DNA of 64,000 nucleotides from Marsupella aquatica (Eukaryota; Plantae; Marchantiophyta), in assembly GCA_973895155.1 (NCBI GenBank), contig OZ316891.1:19493048-19557047 (forward strand), read 5' to 3'. The stretch's first letter is position 1. The number at the start of each line of letters is the position of its first letter. This document shows, one piece after another, positions 51,333 to 64,000 of the stretch. The position numbers and the translations under genes are program-made. The notes beneath the pieces are model-generated. The model had not been told where the DNA came from. It worked only from the letters and a program-made list of their open reading frames with translations, and searched no databases.

Positions 51333-51873
51333 AGTTCCCTTCTTCTCCCTCCGCTCTCCAAGTGGAACAAATCGATCAATCAATCAATCCACCACTGAGG
51401 CAAAACCCTCTCTGCAGCAACTGAGACAAAATTCTTCGTCACTGCAGAGGCGAAAAACGTAGTGACCGTAATTGAAGACTCGAAAATCGGACAATCCAAA
51501 GGACTAAAACTTCATTGGAGCTCCCGAAGGCTATTGAGGTAGAAGGGTGATTTTCTGATCCCCACAAGCGATCGGCGAGTCAGTCGAAATGGTCGAAAAA
51601 ATCCAGACTCATTCGAGTAACAAGGAATACAGAGTTACAGACTGAACTTCCTCGATTCCTCACTTTACAGTATTCAAGAGACGACGACAGAGAAATCTAC
51701 AGTGCCTTTGCTCGCGTACTCTAATGTACCAAAGAACCGGCGAATGAGATGTTCGTCGTTACGTTCGGACCAGTGTATGTATGTTTTAAGATTGTTACTT
51801 TTCGCCAGAGTGGCGAATGTCCAGGGTGTGAAGGAGAAGATGCTCAAAATATTCCTTATGTTTCTTGCCGGTC

Positions 51874-52016
51874 AGATCTCCCTAGATTTAAGGATGACCT
51901 TTAGATTCAGGCTAATGGGACCAGTGATTAGGTGGAACACTCATTAGATCCCTCTAGATTTAAGGATGACCTTTAGATTCCGGCTAATGGGACCTGTGAT
52001 TAGGTGGAACACTCGC
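51874..52016 (+). repeat. Tandem duplication (~72 bp)
   Basis: CTAGATTTAAGGATGACCTTTAGATTC.GGCTAATGGGACC.GTGATTAGGTGGAACACTC twice. Confidence 0.88.
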
Positions 52017-52553
52017 TAATGAGACAAAAAAAACACTAGCCAATTTCAGCCAAACATGGTGGAATTTAACAAATTTGCGCTAAAAAATATGCTGGTTTGA
52101 ACCTTAGGATCCAATTTGGCAAATTTTTGCCACTTAAAAATAAGCTGGTTTGGACCTTAGGATCCAACAATGTACCCACATACTTATATTCCAAAGTGCC
52201 AAAAAAACAAAAAGTGCCCAGCTTGGAGACATGATCCACATGCAAAAGACCCAATCAAAGGGGACAACCAAAGGGCCAAGGAGAGTGAAGCCCAGCACAA
52301 GAACAGTCAGGGACAACAAAATCTAAACCTCTGGGCAAAATGAAGGTCCTGGTAAAGCTCCAGTCTGAAGAATTCCATGGGATTGTCAAGCACGAGAATC
52401 CGAATTCGCTTCACCCATACAAAGAATAGTGAATGTGTGTTGGCTGAAATGCAAGAGACATCCACTGTCAAAAAAAGGTCGTGATAATAGACACTGGGGG
52501 GTAAGGCCTTAGAACATAATGAACTGTGCAAGCTCATAAGTAACATTCAAAGG

Positions 52554-55500
52554 TGTGACGACGCCAGCACGGCGGTTAATGATTGATTCGGCCTAGCCCG
52601 TGCTTAGCACGCGCATTAGGGGCACCGTAGGCCGTAGTTATTAGCATAACGACACTAAGTAGGTAGTACTTATGACTAGGGAATCATTAGTTAATAAGGG
52701 GCATTTACGTTCGGGATGGCGGCGGAGCGCCATTCGTACTCCCGGGTTACGAGCGTGTAAGGGGACCCTTAGGGTCCGTATAACAAATTCTCGGAGGCGG
52801 CCGCTGACACGCTCTGAACCGGACCCGCAAGTGGCCAGCACACTGTGAGCGTGAAAATCTCAGTCTATAGGGAGGGAGGAGGGGCCAGTCGAACAATGCG
52901 CTCTCAAAGTATAAAGGAGGGCCATTCTCTCGTATTACACCCACACTCCATTCCGCGCGCCAGCTTTGATCTCAGCCACTTCCTCCATCCTTGGCCGCCC
53001 ACCGTCACTCCTGGATGTTTGTCACGATATTGTCCAGTTCGGCCCTTCAATTTTGGCTGCAATTCCTATCCGTGGGAGGTCACTTAGCCAAGTCCTTAGC
53101 CAAAGTCAACCCGTGCCGATACGAGACCGAACGAGCTTACGAGAGAGCCATTCGCTTAGCCGGCCGTAATCACTATAACGGCAATTTTGACCTCCCATTC
53201 CAGAGTGAGCTTTGCCGAGTCGACGAAATCAGCGAGTACTTCTTTGTCGACGAGAAGTACATCGGTTTTCGGAAAGCGCTCCTTCGGCTTTTGGACAGGG
53301 TTTACCATCTCTCGGGCACGATAGACTTGCAACCGCACCACTACGACCATATCCCCGCTCGGGTTCAAGCATCCATAGATTGTCAGTTCGGCCCTGCCCA
53401 AACAAGCGAGACTCCTATCTTAACAACACTCGACTTCCCTAGGGACTTCCTGAATCTAATGGCACCTCCCCCAACTGCAACTGGCGCCAATCCGTCAGTA
53501 CCTGCGCTAACACCGCCACGGCCTCAGCCAAGCCGATCTCCACCACCGGTCGCACCACCTCTCTGGGTGCAATCTATGGTAAATGCGGTAAATATTAGCT
53601 CCAAAGACGAGGAGGCTCACCCTCCCCTGAATCGACGACCGCGAGGTACAAATCAGCATGCGACAAGCAACCCGGCTCCACTCCAACAAGCCCGGGGGGC
53701 TAACACGGTGACTATAGCGGCCCCCGCACCGATACTCACGGTGGTAGCGCTACCGCCACCCGACCAGGAGGATGGGGAGATGTCCCCCTCTTCTAGTCAC
53801 CCCGGGAATCAGTCCCTGGGTAGGAAGAGAAAGGAACCCGTAGCTGTATCCGGGCTGCCTTTGGCCACGGTCGTAGTGGCCAAGCTGACCATGCATCGTA
53901 TGGGGGAGAATGTTCACAAGAACATCCTCCACCCCAAGCATGCATGCTACCTGAAGACCCAAGGGTTTGAGCATCTCGCCTCTCTCCCTTGGAATGGAAG
54001 CAGGTACTACGGGCAGGATATGACGGAGTTCATTCAGAACTTCGATGAAGCCCGCCAACAAACCCGAGCGCACGGGAGAGTGATGTGTCTCAATGAGGCA
54101 CATCTGAAGATGATTTTCGGCCTACCTGAAGGAATAAACCGGGTAGAGTCACGGGCTCCTTGGGGCAAGGGAGCTAAATACCAGTCCTCTAGCTTCCCGA
54201 CCGAGGGAACAATGGACAACGGATTCTTGATGAGGACTGCCTCATCCCGAAGGTAGCAGAACGCCTGGAGTTCCAGCGGTATACCCTCCACGTGATGGAA
54301 CCACGGGGCGAAATATCCGCTGCCCAGGTCATACAAGTAGAGAACTTTTGGCCTAGGAGGTGGGCATCCTTCTTTGTCAAGAAGTTCCACAAGGAGATGG
54401 AGCGGAGAAGGAAGACCTTATACCTTGGCGGAAAGGCGTACTTCGCAAGCCACATTGAGATCATCATCGAGTGGTACGCCCATTTTGACCGCCGAAGCCT
54501 CCCCCATAGCAACGAGACTAAATTGACCCCATCAAAGTGGGTATTTCTGGCTCGGGAGAGGCGACCGCAGCCCGAGGCCCAAAGCTTGGCAGTCGCAAGT
54601 CCTGCTACCCCCGCCCCGCAACCAGCCGCTATCGCCCCGCCAAGCGTACCCGTAGACGCAGTTATTGCGACCCTGGACACGATTAACCAGATCAACGCGA
54701 TTGAAGTCGGGCCGGCTGAGGCCAGACCCAAACCCAACACTACGGTGGCCGAGGAGATCCCGCCACCCCCCACGGCCGTGCAGGAAAACCGCCCAGCCCC
54801 TTCGACCGACTTACCTCAAGGGCTGGATGTTTCCACTCCAACTCCCGCGCGGGCTGGGGTCTGTCCTTGCCCAAATCCGAAGGGGCATAGTCTGGACCCC
54901 CCAGAACTCTTTGCGTCGGGCACGTTTCTGAACGGGTTGTTGGGAGATTTCTCTCAACAAATTGCACAAGATACCGGGGAATACATGGCACGAAAGGTGG
55001 CCTACTTCTTCAACCAGGAGTTGGTTGCAGCTGTAAAGGCAAGACATGCGCAGGCTAAGACAGCGCAGAGAATAGAGCGGTATCGGGTTGAGTCTACCTA
55101 CCTGAAGGACGAAGTGGTGGCCCTAGAGACTGAACTCCAACAACTACGACCTCAGGTAACGGCCACGGAGGATCAAGTTGCCGAGGCCAGGGCCAGGGCA
55201 GCCTTAGCAGAGCAGGCCGGGTTTGGAAAAGACTCAAAGATCGCACGGCTCCGGACCCAGATTGACGGTTTGAAGGGGCAAGCTGTCAACTGGCAAAACA
55301 ATGTAGAGGAGCTCGACGCTCGGTCCCAGCGAGACGTAGCCAAGATAGACGCCTTGAATGCGGAAGTGGCACGGCTCCAAGGAGAAGCCACAAAGCAGGC
55401 CCAGTTGGTGGATAAGCTGACGAGCGACGCCCAGCAACTGGAGGAGGCGTGCCAGGAAGCCGCGGAGGAAACGGACGCGGCAAAGCAAGAGAACGAATCT

Positions 55501-56514
55501 CTGCTGGACCAGGTCTAGCTACTCAAGCAGGACGCCGACAAACTCAAAAGGTAGCGGGATAGCTGCTCTCACTCGGGTGGCTCTGGCAAGCGTGCCAGGC
55601 ATTAGCGGCGGAGTAAGATTAAAATAGAGTTAGGTGTAGCTAAATCAGGCTATAGGGACAAGTGCCTGCCCTAGTTAAAGCGGCGCTGCCATATTGTCTG
55701 GCCTGTGTAGATTAGAATCTTCTAATAAGACAAGCCATTTTCCGGCCTAACAGCCAGCTTAGTTAGGATCTTAGTTAGTGAATATTTGGGCACGAGGCCA
55801 CTCTGGTCCTCAGCCCTTAGTATTTAGTGCACCCCTCGGTAGAGGTAGAGGCAGAGGGGGGGTTTTAGTCTTAGAGTTGGACATCCGCGGTATGTGCGGG
55901 GAGTCCCGACCTCTGTGAGTGAAAGAGTACCAAGGGGAGGGGGTACGACTAAGCTCACTGGGCGAGTGCGGAGCTGGGCTCCGTTGTAGTGTACGCCCCT
56001 TGGCCTTGGACCTGTTCATTCAAGAGCTGTCGGGTCAACCAAGTATAAGTGTATGTCAACTTGTGAAGTAAAATCCTTTCCTATTATTTCCTTCGTGTAA
56101 ACCGAGATTGTATGCTTGTGTGTGTGTGTGTGTTCATGTATGAATCTCGTGTATGGGTGCCAATGCTTGGCCGAGCGCACTACCCGAGCCGTGCACGGGG
56201 TGCAGGTCACGGAGGAGTGGTTGCGAGTCCGGGTTGAATGCCTGTATCATCGGATCCAGATCGAAGGCAGATAGCATGAAGGCTTAAAAGCCCGTAAGCC
56301 GAGGTCGATCCCGCTATCGACTAAGGTATGTTCTGGCGGCGGAACACAAATCATACCTAGGAAGTGTATGTAAGTAACAGTAGTCGCACTTAGCGCTAGA
56401 TTACGAGAGTTAGGTGCAGTCTGTGCGTCCCTCCTTGCCCAAACCCTCATACTAACAAAGGATGTGTCTGTTTAAGCCGAAGCTTGGGTTAAGGCCTAGG
56501 TTGACGATGTGACA
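52554..56514 (+). mobile_element. 3,961-bp TG...CA insertion with 5-bp TSD; probable giant solo LTR containing an ORF
   Basis: Starts TGTGACGACG, ends CGATGTGACA; AAAGG at 52549-52553 and 56515-56519; no terminal direct repeats, PBS, PPT or gag/pol seen inside; more GC-rich than its immediate flanks. Confidence 0.72.
53015..55605 (+). pseudogene. Retroelement accessory-type ORF (~860 codons: Pro-rich linker, basic patch, plant-TE-like central domain, C-terminal coiled coil), disrupted
   Basis: ORFs 52991-54256 and 54292-55518 join by a frameshift near 54228 (NGFL/DEDCLIPKVAERLEF); frame continues through TAGs at 55516 and 55552 to ...GKRARH* at 55605; GRKRK; EFIQNFD..G..MCL....L..IFGLPEG resembles plant mobile-domain-type ORFs. 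Confidence 0.65.
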
Positions 56515-59500
56515 AAAGGTTGGGTGTAGCGCCCCACAATGAAACAACAAGCATTGCCGTCTTTACAAAAAAAAGTACCAACTTATTAAAAATGGCCAAA
56601 CAAATACAATGAAATAAAAGCAAAAAAATGTGTAAAAAGGACTAATTCTCTAAAAAGGGCCAAACAAAGTATGAAATGGAATCAAAGCAGAATAGGTTGA
56701 GAGAGTAAACTGGAACTTCAGGGACAAATGCAAAAACCTAAGTACAATGGAATCAAAGCAAAAGAGTTCAAGAGAGGACAAACACCAAAGGAAGAGGGCA
56801 AGTGCAAACCCTAGACGAGGTAAAACTAAGGGATAAAGATCTGCTTTAACTTTGCAACAGTGTAATGAGCCAGTGGTCCATATCTAGGGACATATCTAAG
56901 TCACAATTAAGTCCCTTCCCTAGTGTTTCGTGCACGACTCTCATAAGGGCCTCGAGTCAAATTCCACTTCCTGACCATCCTATGAGTTTACTTTGGAGCT
57001 CTACCAGGATTTCAATTTAGTCGCGGAACTCGACTACCTTAACACTTAGCTCTGGCGTCGCTAAGCTCCCTTATGGTCCAAGCCCGGAACGATCATCTGA
57101 GGGGACTTAGCATGGGGAGACTTGTGGGCAATGGGGAGTGGCATTGGCAAAGGCAAGGCGCTAAGCTGACAACACACTAAGGACTTTGATTAGCTGAGGG
57201 TTGATCGGGTCTTGGGAAAGGGCCGGACTCAAGGTTGACCGTCTAAACCCCCGAACGGACTTTGAGTTCTCAGGGCTTGAGTGAGAGCTCCTCTTGGGCC
57301 TAAGACTAATGAAGTTTACTTCATGCACAATGGACGCTTGGGGCACAGTTATGGTCCGACCCAAGTTTGGTCGCTTGGGGGACCTAGGCAACGAAGGGTT
57401 CTGAGGGCCTAGGCATGGCATTAGGTTGGCCCAATCACAACGGGCTAAGGCACTCTACTTACGGACGCATAATTAGAAAGTTATGGGCATTGCCAGATGG
57501 AGGCGCGCTAGACGTGCGGGTTGGGATCTAGGTGGGGGGTCAAAATCTAGGGACCAAAGTATTTGGGGGTGGCAGGTCTCTAGAAGCATATATGAGGGGA
57601 GTGGTGTCTCCTTGGGGGCTAAGGGAGCCAAAGTCGTGAGCCATGATGGTCGCGACACTAAGGGAAAATGTCAAACAAAAATGACAATAACTTCCCAACG
57701 AGAAGTCCGTTGGAGGATTTATTGGGTGCGTTGGAAATCTCTCAAGGAGGACTATATCCTCCTGAGTTAAACTGGGTCTAGGGGTCCATGGGTTCTCGGG
57801 GTTTGCGGGGGCTATCTTGCCCGTTTGCCAAATCCTGTTGAAATAGCAGCCAAGCCGCGTTCAGACTCCCAAGGGAGCTTGCGTTGGGGAGGCAGGCCAA
57901 GTAAGCATGGAGGTTGAGTCCCAAGTGCACTTGGTCCTTAGGCTATCAATGGAGTGAGAACCGGGAGTTGGTTGCTAAAGTCGAGGCCATTCTGGTCCCA
58001 ACGTGTTGGGACAAGTTTAGGACAAGTTGCGATATTTGGGCCATGAGCATGTCCTAGAGGCAGGGTGGTCAGTTGGTGATGGATAGATGCAAGGGGGAAC
58101 TCGGGCTTCACCCAAAGAGGGGCTATTCTGGACGAACAGAGGGTGTCGGCTTTGATTCCGGCTCATGGCAATGGGAGGACCTATTGCTGACCTACTTACC
58201 AAATGTCTATTGAGTTTGAGTTGGGATGCTAGACTTGGGGAGATCTAGATCTTGTTGGGTTTCTTACCAAGGTACTTGGTTGCTTGTGCAGATAGTGAGG
58301 ATCGTTGAGCGACAATCGTGTTAGGGAGCAAGTGCGGCTTCGTATGGGAGTGACCGCAAGCGGTGTAAGGGGCATCGAGTTGCTTGCTCCAGGAGTTCCG
58401 TGGAGACGTTCGGGTACCAGGGGCACTTAGGCATGGGTAATGGGATTGGTAAGGGCGCTGGGTGGCAAGGTCCATCACTAGTTTGGTGCTTGATCAGTAG
58501 GGCTTTAGTTCTTTTGCGGTACATGAGGATGACTCGCATACTTTTTGGCTCTTTGTCATCTTGGGTACGTCCTCCCTCGGTTTCTCCCCTTTATTAGGTC
58601 TTTGTGATCCTGTCTCCCTGGTTGGTGCTTTTTGTTCTTTGGCTGTCTGATATATATTCTCATATGCTTTCTGCAAGATTTGGGAAAACTATGCCCAGAA
58701 TCCGATTCACATGCCAGCTCATATGTACCTCAAGGCTTGGTGATATACTTAGATGGACTTCACAACTGGATGGACCACATTCAAACATTGAGAATTTCTC
58801 AAATAGCATGTTTTACCACATAATTGTTTGATGGGGTGCAAAGGTTGAAATTGACTTGAGGAGGTGAAACCAATCATTTCCAAGTTCATTTTATTGTTCA
58901 AACAAGTGATGTATGCACTGCTTGTTTCCCCTTCTTCGTGAGGCTTTCACTGTTTTAATATTCATAAAAATTCCAGGGAACCAATTATTTTAACATTTCC
59001 TAAAAGTTACAAAGAAAACACCCCATCAAGTGAAAATTTGAAACTTGCAACCCCAGTAAGGTACCGTTTTCAGTTTACACCCCCATCAAAGAAAATTACT
59101 CCATAATTTAGAATAAAAGAAAAATAACATGCAAACCAAATCTAACCATATAACCATATGAGTGTGGATGATCATCATTCAAGGTGCAACCACCTCTCAA
59201 TAGTTACCCTCTTTGTTAGAAATGAATTTTTACTCTGAATGTAAGATTGTGATTGTAAAGTAGATGATATCCATCCACATTGCATGGTTCAGGGGCAAGG
59301 CTTCAACTTCAGAGTTTGAGGTTTTCTGGCATGTCCAAATTTACTTTCCTCCCTCTACATTTGTCAGATAGAAAATTCTGGTAGACCACAACGTTTGACA
59401 AGATGCTTGGATCGACGATCAAAACTTGCATATAACCACAACTTTTAAATTTTAGATTCCTCTGCTACATTTTGGGATAGAAAACTCCCATCTACCACAT

Positions 59501-60825
59501 GTTTGACAAGATGCCTGGCCAGACTATCAAATTCAAATTTAACGTTATAACTACGTGCATTGTAGATTGCGGGGGCAATTGACACCTACAGTGCAGGCAT
59601 CTAAAGACAAGCGCGACCCCCTTTATCCATTGTAAAGGGATATTCATACAAGCAAAACTAACTGTCCTGTAGATTTGAAATTCACACATTTCTGGCCCAG
59701 CAATAAGGTTACCAAGACACAACAAAAATTCAATGACGCAGTTCAGTGCTTTGACTACGACGAGAATATATTCTCCACAGGCATCTTGCGCCACAGTTTG
59801 TCAATAGCCATATTTCCACTCACTGCCATGAACACCAGGAATTGTGTAAACACTAAACCTCACAACTCTCGACTTCCTATTCCTTTTTCTGTGTCTATAC
59901 CATCAGTGGTCATGCCCGTGCACTACACAGGCTGGGTAATCGGAAACAACATTCTTGCTCCAATTGCGGTTAATGGTCCAATAATGTGTAGATGTGAGCA
60001 GTTTTACAGTCCCGCTCAACTCTTTGTCCATTCTCCAGGCTAAGCTGCTTGCACGTACCTCAGAGAGCGATTACACATGCAGCTTACGATAGCTTCTCAC
60101 AGACAGCTACCACGAACTTACAAGCAAATTATGAATACATTGATGCACACAATGCTCAAATTTTGAAGTTATGATAACTATTGACAATCTGATCCCAAAG
60201 AGTATCGCAATGATTCTAGATGATGCTCACTATGCAGGCCAAACGTTCTTTCCATGTTCACTGTGCGTTTGACTCGGGGAGAGCGTTCTCAAGCCCAATT
60301 AAAGTCCGCTAAGAGATTCTAGACAATACACCCATCTGTATAAAATGATTTATTTCTGAATGGTTTGCATAGATCATGGATGCAAGCTTTGCCCGCCGAG
60401 CAAGCAGAATTCCTCCCGAAATAAACTTGTTCTTTATCCTGGAGTAACTCTGGAAATCATGGAGAGACAATGTGAAAAGACACTGCAGCTTCTTGTTTCT
60501 GGTGGATAGTCTGAGAAGAGACCCTTTTACAAGGCAGAGATCGACTGCTTTTGCAACCTAAAAGTACAAAAGGAAAACTGGACGGATCCTCCCCCAGTTT
60601 TGTTTGCTTTGTACGAGGTTGCATAAGCACTCAAAAAAGAGAATTGATGGGGGCTTCAATGATGAAAGCTCCCATAATTACCAACCACAGTGATTGGTTA
60701 CCAAATAGAATAGAACAATTGAAAGAACTCTCCATCCACAGAAGAGAATGAGTCAACTTGTTGACGGAATTATGTCACAGTATGAATGGTACAAATTAGA
60801 CAGTTGCCCTCTTTCGGAAGCGAAG

Positions 60826-60990
60826 CACGTACATGGGGAAAAGGCAACTTGTATGTGTGAGGAGTTGAGCAAAAATGCTTATTTGCGAAGTAACATACAC
60901 ATAAACATACGTACATGGGGAAAAGGTAACTTGTGTGTGTGAGGAGTTGAGTAGAAATGCTTATTTGCGAGGTAACATACACATAAACAT
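60826..60990 (+). repeat. Tandem duplication (~82 bp)
   Basis: CGTACATGGGGAAAAGG.AACTTGT.TGTG..GAGGAGTTGAG..AAATGCTTATTTGCGA.GTAACATACACATAAACATA twice. Confidence 0.85.
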
Positions 60991-61388
60991 AATCCCTCGT
61001 GCAGGACGTGAAACATCTCTTATCTAAGAGGATGGACCCCAGTGGCAATACGCAGCATCTGTCACAACAACCCCAACACTTGAGATACCATGCCTAACAA
61101 TATTTCTATATAGGAGAACATCTCTTTATCTGAGAAGTTCGGATCGACTCTACATCTAAAACCATCAAAATTCCGACACGAGCAAAATTAGTCTAGTCTT
61201 ACCCAACAATTGACTCCTCGAAGTAACTGGCGAGATTCTCCCTGATGAAGCTCGGAGTCTGAATGAACGACAGAGTAGACGCAATACATTTTGCCCAGAA
61301 CTGTAGAAAAGCCTTTGTTGAGCCTACTCAAAATCTCGGATGGCTTGAAGGACCAAAACCCTAAACTGGACCCCTCCTCTCGTCTCAA

Positions 61389-61577
61389 TCAGGCCTTAGA
61401 TCTGATCCCTCTCTGCACACACTCCTTCAGCAACGTGAACTCTTTCAGACAAACGTCTTTGTCGATGGCTGGCACCTTCGTCGCCACACACTGTCCGTAA
61501 GCCCTCATAACTGGAGAGCATTTGAGCAGGACGTTTTTCAAAGAGGAACCGGCAAGATTTCTCTTGGAGTCTGCCAT
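61389..61577 (-). CDS. Small twin-Cx9C (CHCH-like) protein, 62 aa, NDUFAF8-like mitochondrial intermembrane-space family
   Basis: CSPVMRAYGQC-x12-CLKEFTLLKEC twin Cx9C; ATG in GGCATGG context; single exon. Confidence 0.75.
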   Translation of the reverse strand: MADSKRNLAGSSLKNVLLKCSPVMRAYGQCVATKVPAIDKDVCLKEFTLLKECVQRGIRSKA

Positions 61578-61844
61578 GCCTGAACCTCCCGCGCTTCCTC
61601 CGTCAGAGCACTATCGTTGCTCATGAATTTGATTCCCAACTCAGTACCTTCCTTCATAAGAGCTCAACACAAACGAGACATCAATTCAGCTGGAGCTTCA
61701 GTCGAGAATCACACTCCTCGAGGATGCATAAATCGTTGCAACCCAGCTCTCTCTATGTTGTAATGCAAGCTCGTAAATGTAGGAGGGTACAGCAAGACTT
61801 TGCATTGCGTGGTTACGTGCAGGCTTGCCATGGGTGCCATGTAA

Positions 61845-62050
61845 TCCCCTATTATTAGATCAATTTCCTTTGTATTAGAACCAAAAAAATGCAGTTTGCA
61901 TGAGTGCAATTCTACCATTGATTTATTTTGTGAATGCACCAAAGAATGTAGTTTGCATAAGTGCAATTCTACCATTGATTTACTTCGTAATTGCACCAAA
62001 AAAATGTTTTTTGCAATGATGCAGGTATAACGTCAATTTCCTTTGTAAGC
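61845..62050 (+). repeat. Degenerate tandem repeat (~59 bp, about 3 copies)
   Basis: ACCAAARAATG.AGTTTGCAT.AGTGCAATTCTACCATTGATTTA repeated. Confidence 0.7.
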
Positions 62051-62236
62051 GCATTAAGAAATACATAAGTACATTTCTGTCTATAAATGTACATAGGCAT
62101 GTATCAATTACTGCACAGCATAAGTAAGAAGCATAATGCAATTATCCAGTTGACTGGTGCAATATGAGAGCTCAGGGTATGAGGAGTAAGAGGTGTGGGA
62201 CCCGACAACACAAATGACTAAGTGTATAAGCAATTT

Positions 62237-64000
62237 TGTTGGGATAATCCCTATTCTGAGACACCATGCACATGAGAACACCATACAAAGTAGTCGACAC
62301 AGCGAGTACGTGGTTCACCTCATGACCGAGGCTACGTCCACGGGAAAGCAAGAGACCTTTACTTCTCTCTTGCTCAACTCTAACAATGAACTGAAGATCC
62401 ACCAGGGATTGGCACCAGCCCTAGCTATATACACAATAACACTACCGCTAACCTTAGCTAAGTCTTAACCTGAGTTAGACTAATTGTGGTTAGCTAAAGA
62501 GTCACAAGACTAAGAGCAATACCTAACAAACTCCCCCTTGACTCTTGTCTTGGGGATAGGACTAATTGCTACCATATGGAATCCTTAGCGGGAATTTCTA
62601 GACAATCACCTAAACAGGTCTCCCTCAAAAAACCACAAGGGTTAACTAAGGGTTAACTAGAACTAAGCCGTAGCCAAACTGGATTGAGTAATCCACATAC
62701 AAATAATCACAAACTTGCTAAGTAACTCTACTTGTGCTACAACTCCAAAACCTGCAAAGTAGCACGGTGTCTTGAGAAACTCTCCAAAGGAATCACTTTG
62801 GTAAAAGCATCAGTGGGATTGAGCTTTCCATCAATCTTGACTAGCTCAAAAGTTTTATCTGACACTACTTGTCTGATAAAATGGTACCTGATATCTCAAG
62901 GGCCTCAATATAAGGAGTGTCCCATACATATCACGCACGAAGTTTTGGGGGAATAAACACCCTAAAACTTAAGTCAATAAAGTTTTTTCTTGGAATTTTT
63001 TCACTCTTAACTTAATGGACTATTCCAAGAATATTCTCAATTTTGATTTTAAAAAACCCTATGATTCTCATAATTCTCAAAATTGGATTACAATAACCCT
63101 AATGTTCTTCAACAAAAATTAAAAAGTATTTTGCTAAACCCAATAAAAAAACCTTATCCTTATTCGCACGTAATGGGTCGAAAAAGAAAAAGTGAGGACC
63201 CCGGGCCTAATATCAATGTGCTTCACCCTGCTATCCATAACTTGGTTAGCAGCCAAGTGAAGACCATTCTAACTATCATAGTTTAGAGTCATCTTGTCAT
63301 GCTCTAAACCTATATCCGTGATCAACCTGTCCAACCAAATTGCTTCCTTTGTCACTTCTACTGTTGCAACATACTCTGCTTCTGTAGTAGATTGAGAGAT
63401 ACACTTCTGCAAGGTAGACTTCCAACTAATACATCCTCCTCCAAGAGTAAATACATACCCAATTGTAGATCTCCTTGTATCCAGACAACCTCCATAGTCA
63501 GAATCTACATAGCCAACCAACGTAGTGGTTCTATCTGATTTGTCATCAAATAGTAATCCATAGTCTTGTGTTCCCTTCAGATACCTGAGAATCCATTTCA
63601 CAGCTTCCCAATGTACCTTCCCTGGATTTGACATGAATCTGCTAACCTTGCCCATTGATAGGGCAAAGTCAGGCCTAGTACAAGTCATCAAATACATTAG
63701 ACTGCCTACTGCCTTCTCATAAGGAATCTTAGCCATTAGACCTTTATCCACAGCATCTGTAGGAGAGAAAGTTGATGATAACTTGAAATGTGAAGCTAAA
63801 GGAATACTCACTGGTTTACAATCCTCCATGTTGAATTGTGCAAGTACCTTTCTGGCATACTTGCCTTGATTCAAGCACAACTGTCCAGTATCAGAGTTCC
63901 TAAAAATCTCCATTCCTAAGATCCTCTTGGCCTTACAAAGATCTTTCATTCTGAATTTAGAACTCAATTTCGCCTTGAGTCTGTCAACCTCAGATTGATC
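62237..64000 (-). mobile_element. 3' part of a second Ty1/copia element of the same family (RT/RNase H, PPT, 3' LTR 62237-62528); continues beyond the window
   Basis: ORF 63269-63967 is near-identical in protein to pol at ~12500-13190; 3' UTR and PPT (CTCCCCCTTGACTCTT at 62531) match; LTR TGTTAG...CCCAACA is 292 bp. Confidence 0.93.
62896..63205. mobile_element. 310-bp AT-rich insertion in the copia RNase H region (MITE-like)
   Basis: Interrupts the KHIDIRYHF codons; flanked by CCTGATATC (62887-62895) and CCTAATATC (63206-63214), a 9-bp duplication with one mismatch; only weak TIRs (..GGGCCTCA / TGAGGACCCC..). Confidence 0.7.

Noticed and set aside
56520-58600. Possible decayed retroelement coding sequence (also ~2640-3110 and 52020-52550)
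   Set aside because: Compositionally TE-like, but I could not identify any domain, terminus or TSD.

Overview
Eukaryotic land-plant DNA with spliceosomal introns; gene and TE style suggests a bryophyte or other non-seed plant, but this is not provable from the window. Host genes: DNA polymerase theta/TEBICHI (minus, ~24.9-41.8 kb), COP9 signalosome subunit 1 (minus, ~48.2-51.3 kb), a small twin-Cx9C protein gene (61.4-61.6 kb) and the first exon of an unidentified gene at the left edge. The main novelty is an 18.4-kb hAT DNA transposon (4553-22909, CCCGGTTT termini, exact 8-bp TSD CATAGAAG). Besides its transposase it carries convergently oriented cargo, an atypical protein kinase and an intact coiled-coil/RING-H2 ORF, inside mirror-image ~1.1-1.3-kb arms. 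A full-length Ty1/copia element (7073-13958, TSD CATTG) is nested in the transposase. A second unusual object is a 3.96-kb TG...CA unit with a 5-bp TSD (52554-56514) that looks like a giant solo LTR with a ~860-codon ORF inside it. Also present: a solo LTR and a second partial copy of the same copia family, MITE/foldback elements and several tandem duplications. All alignments and counts were done by eye.
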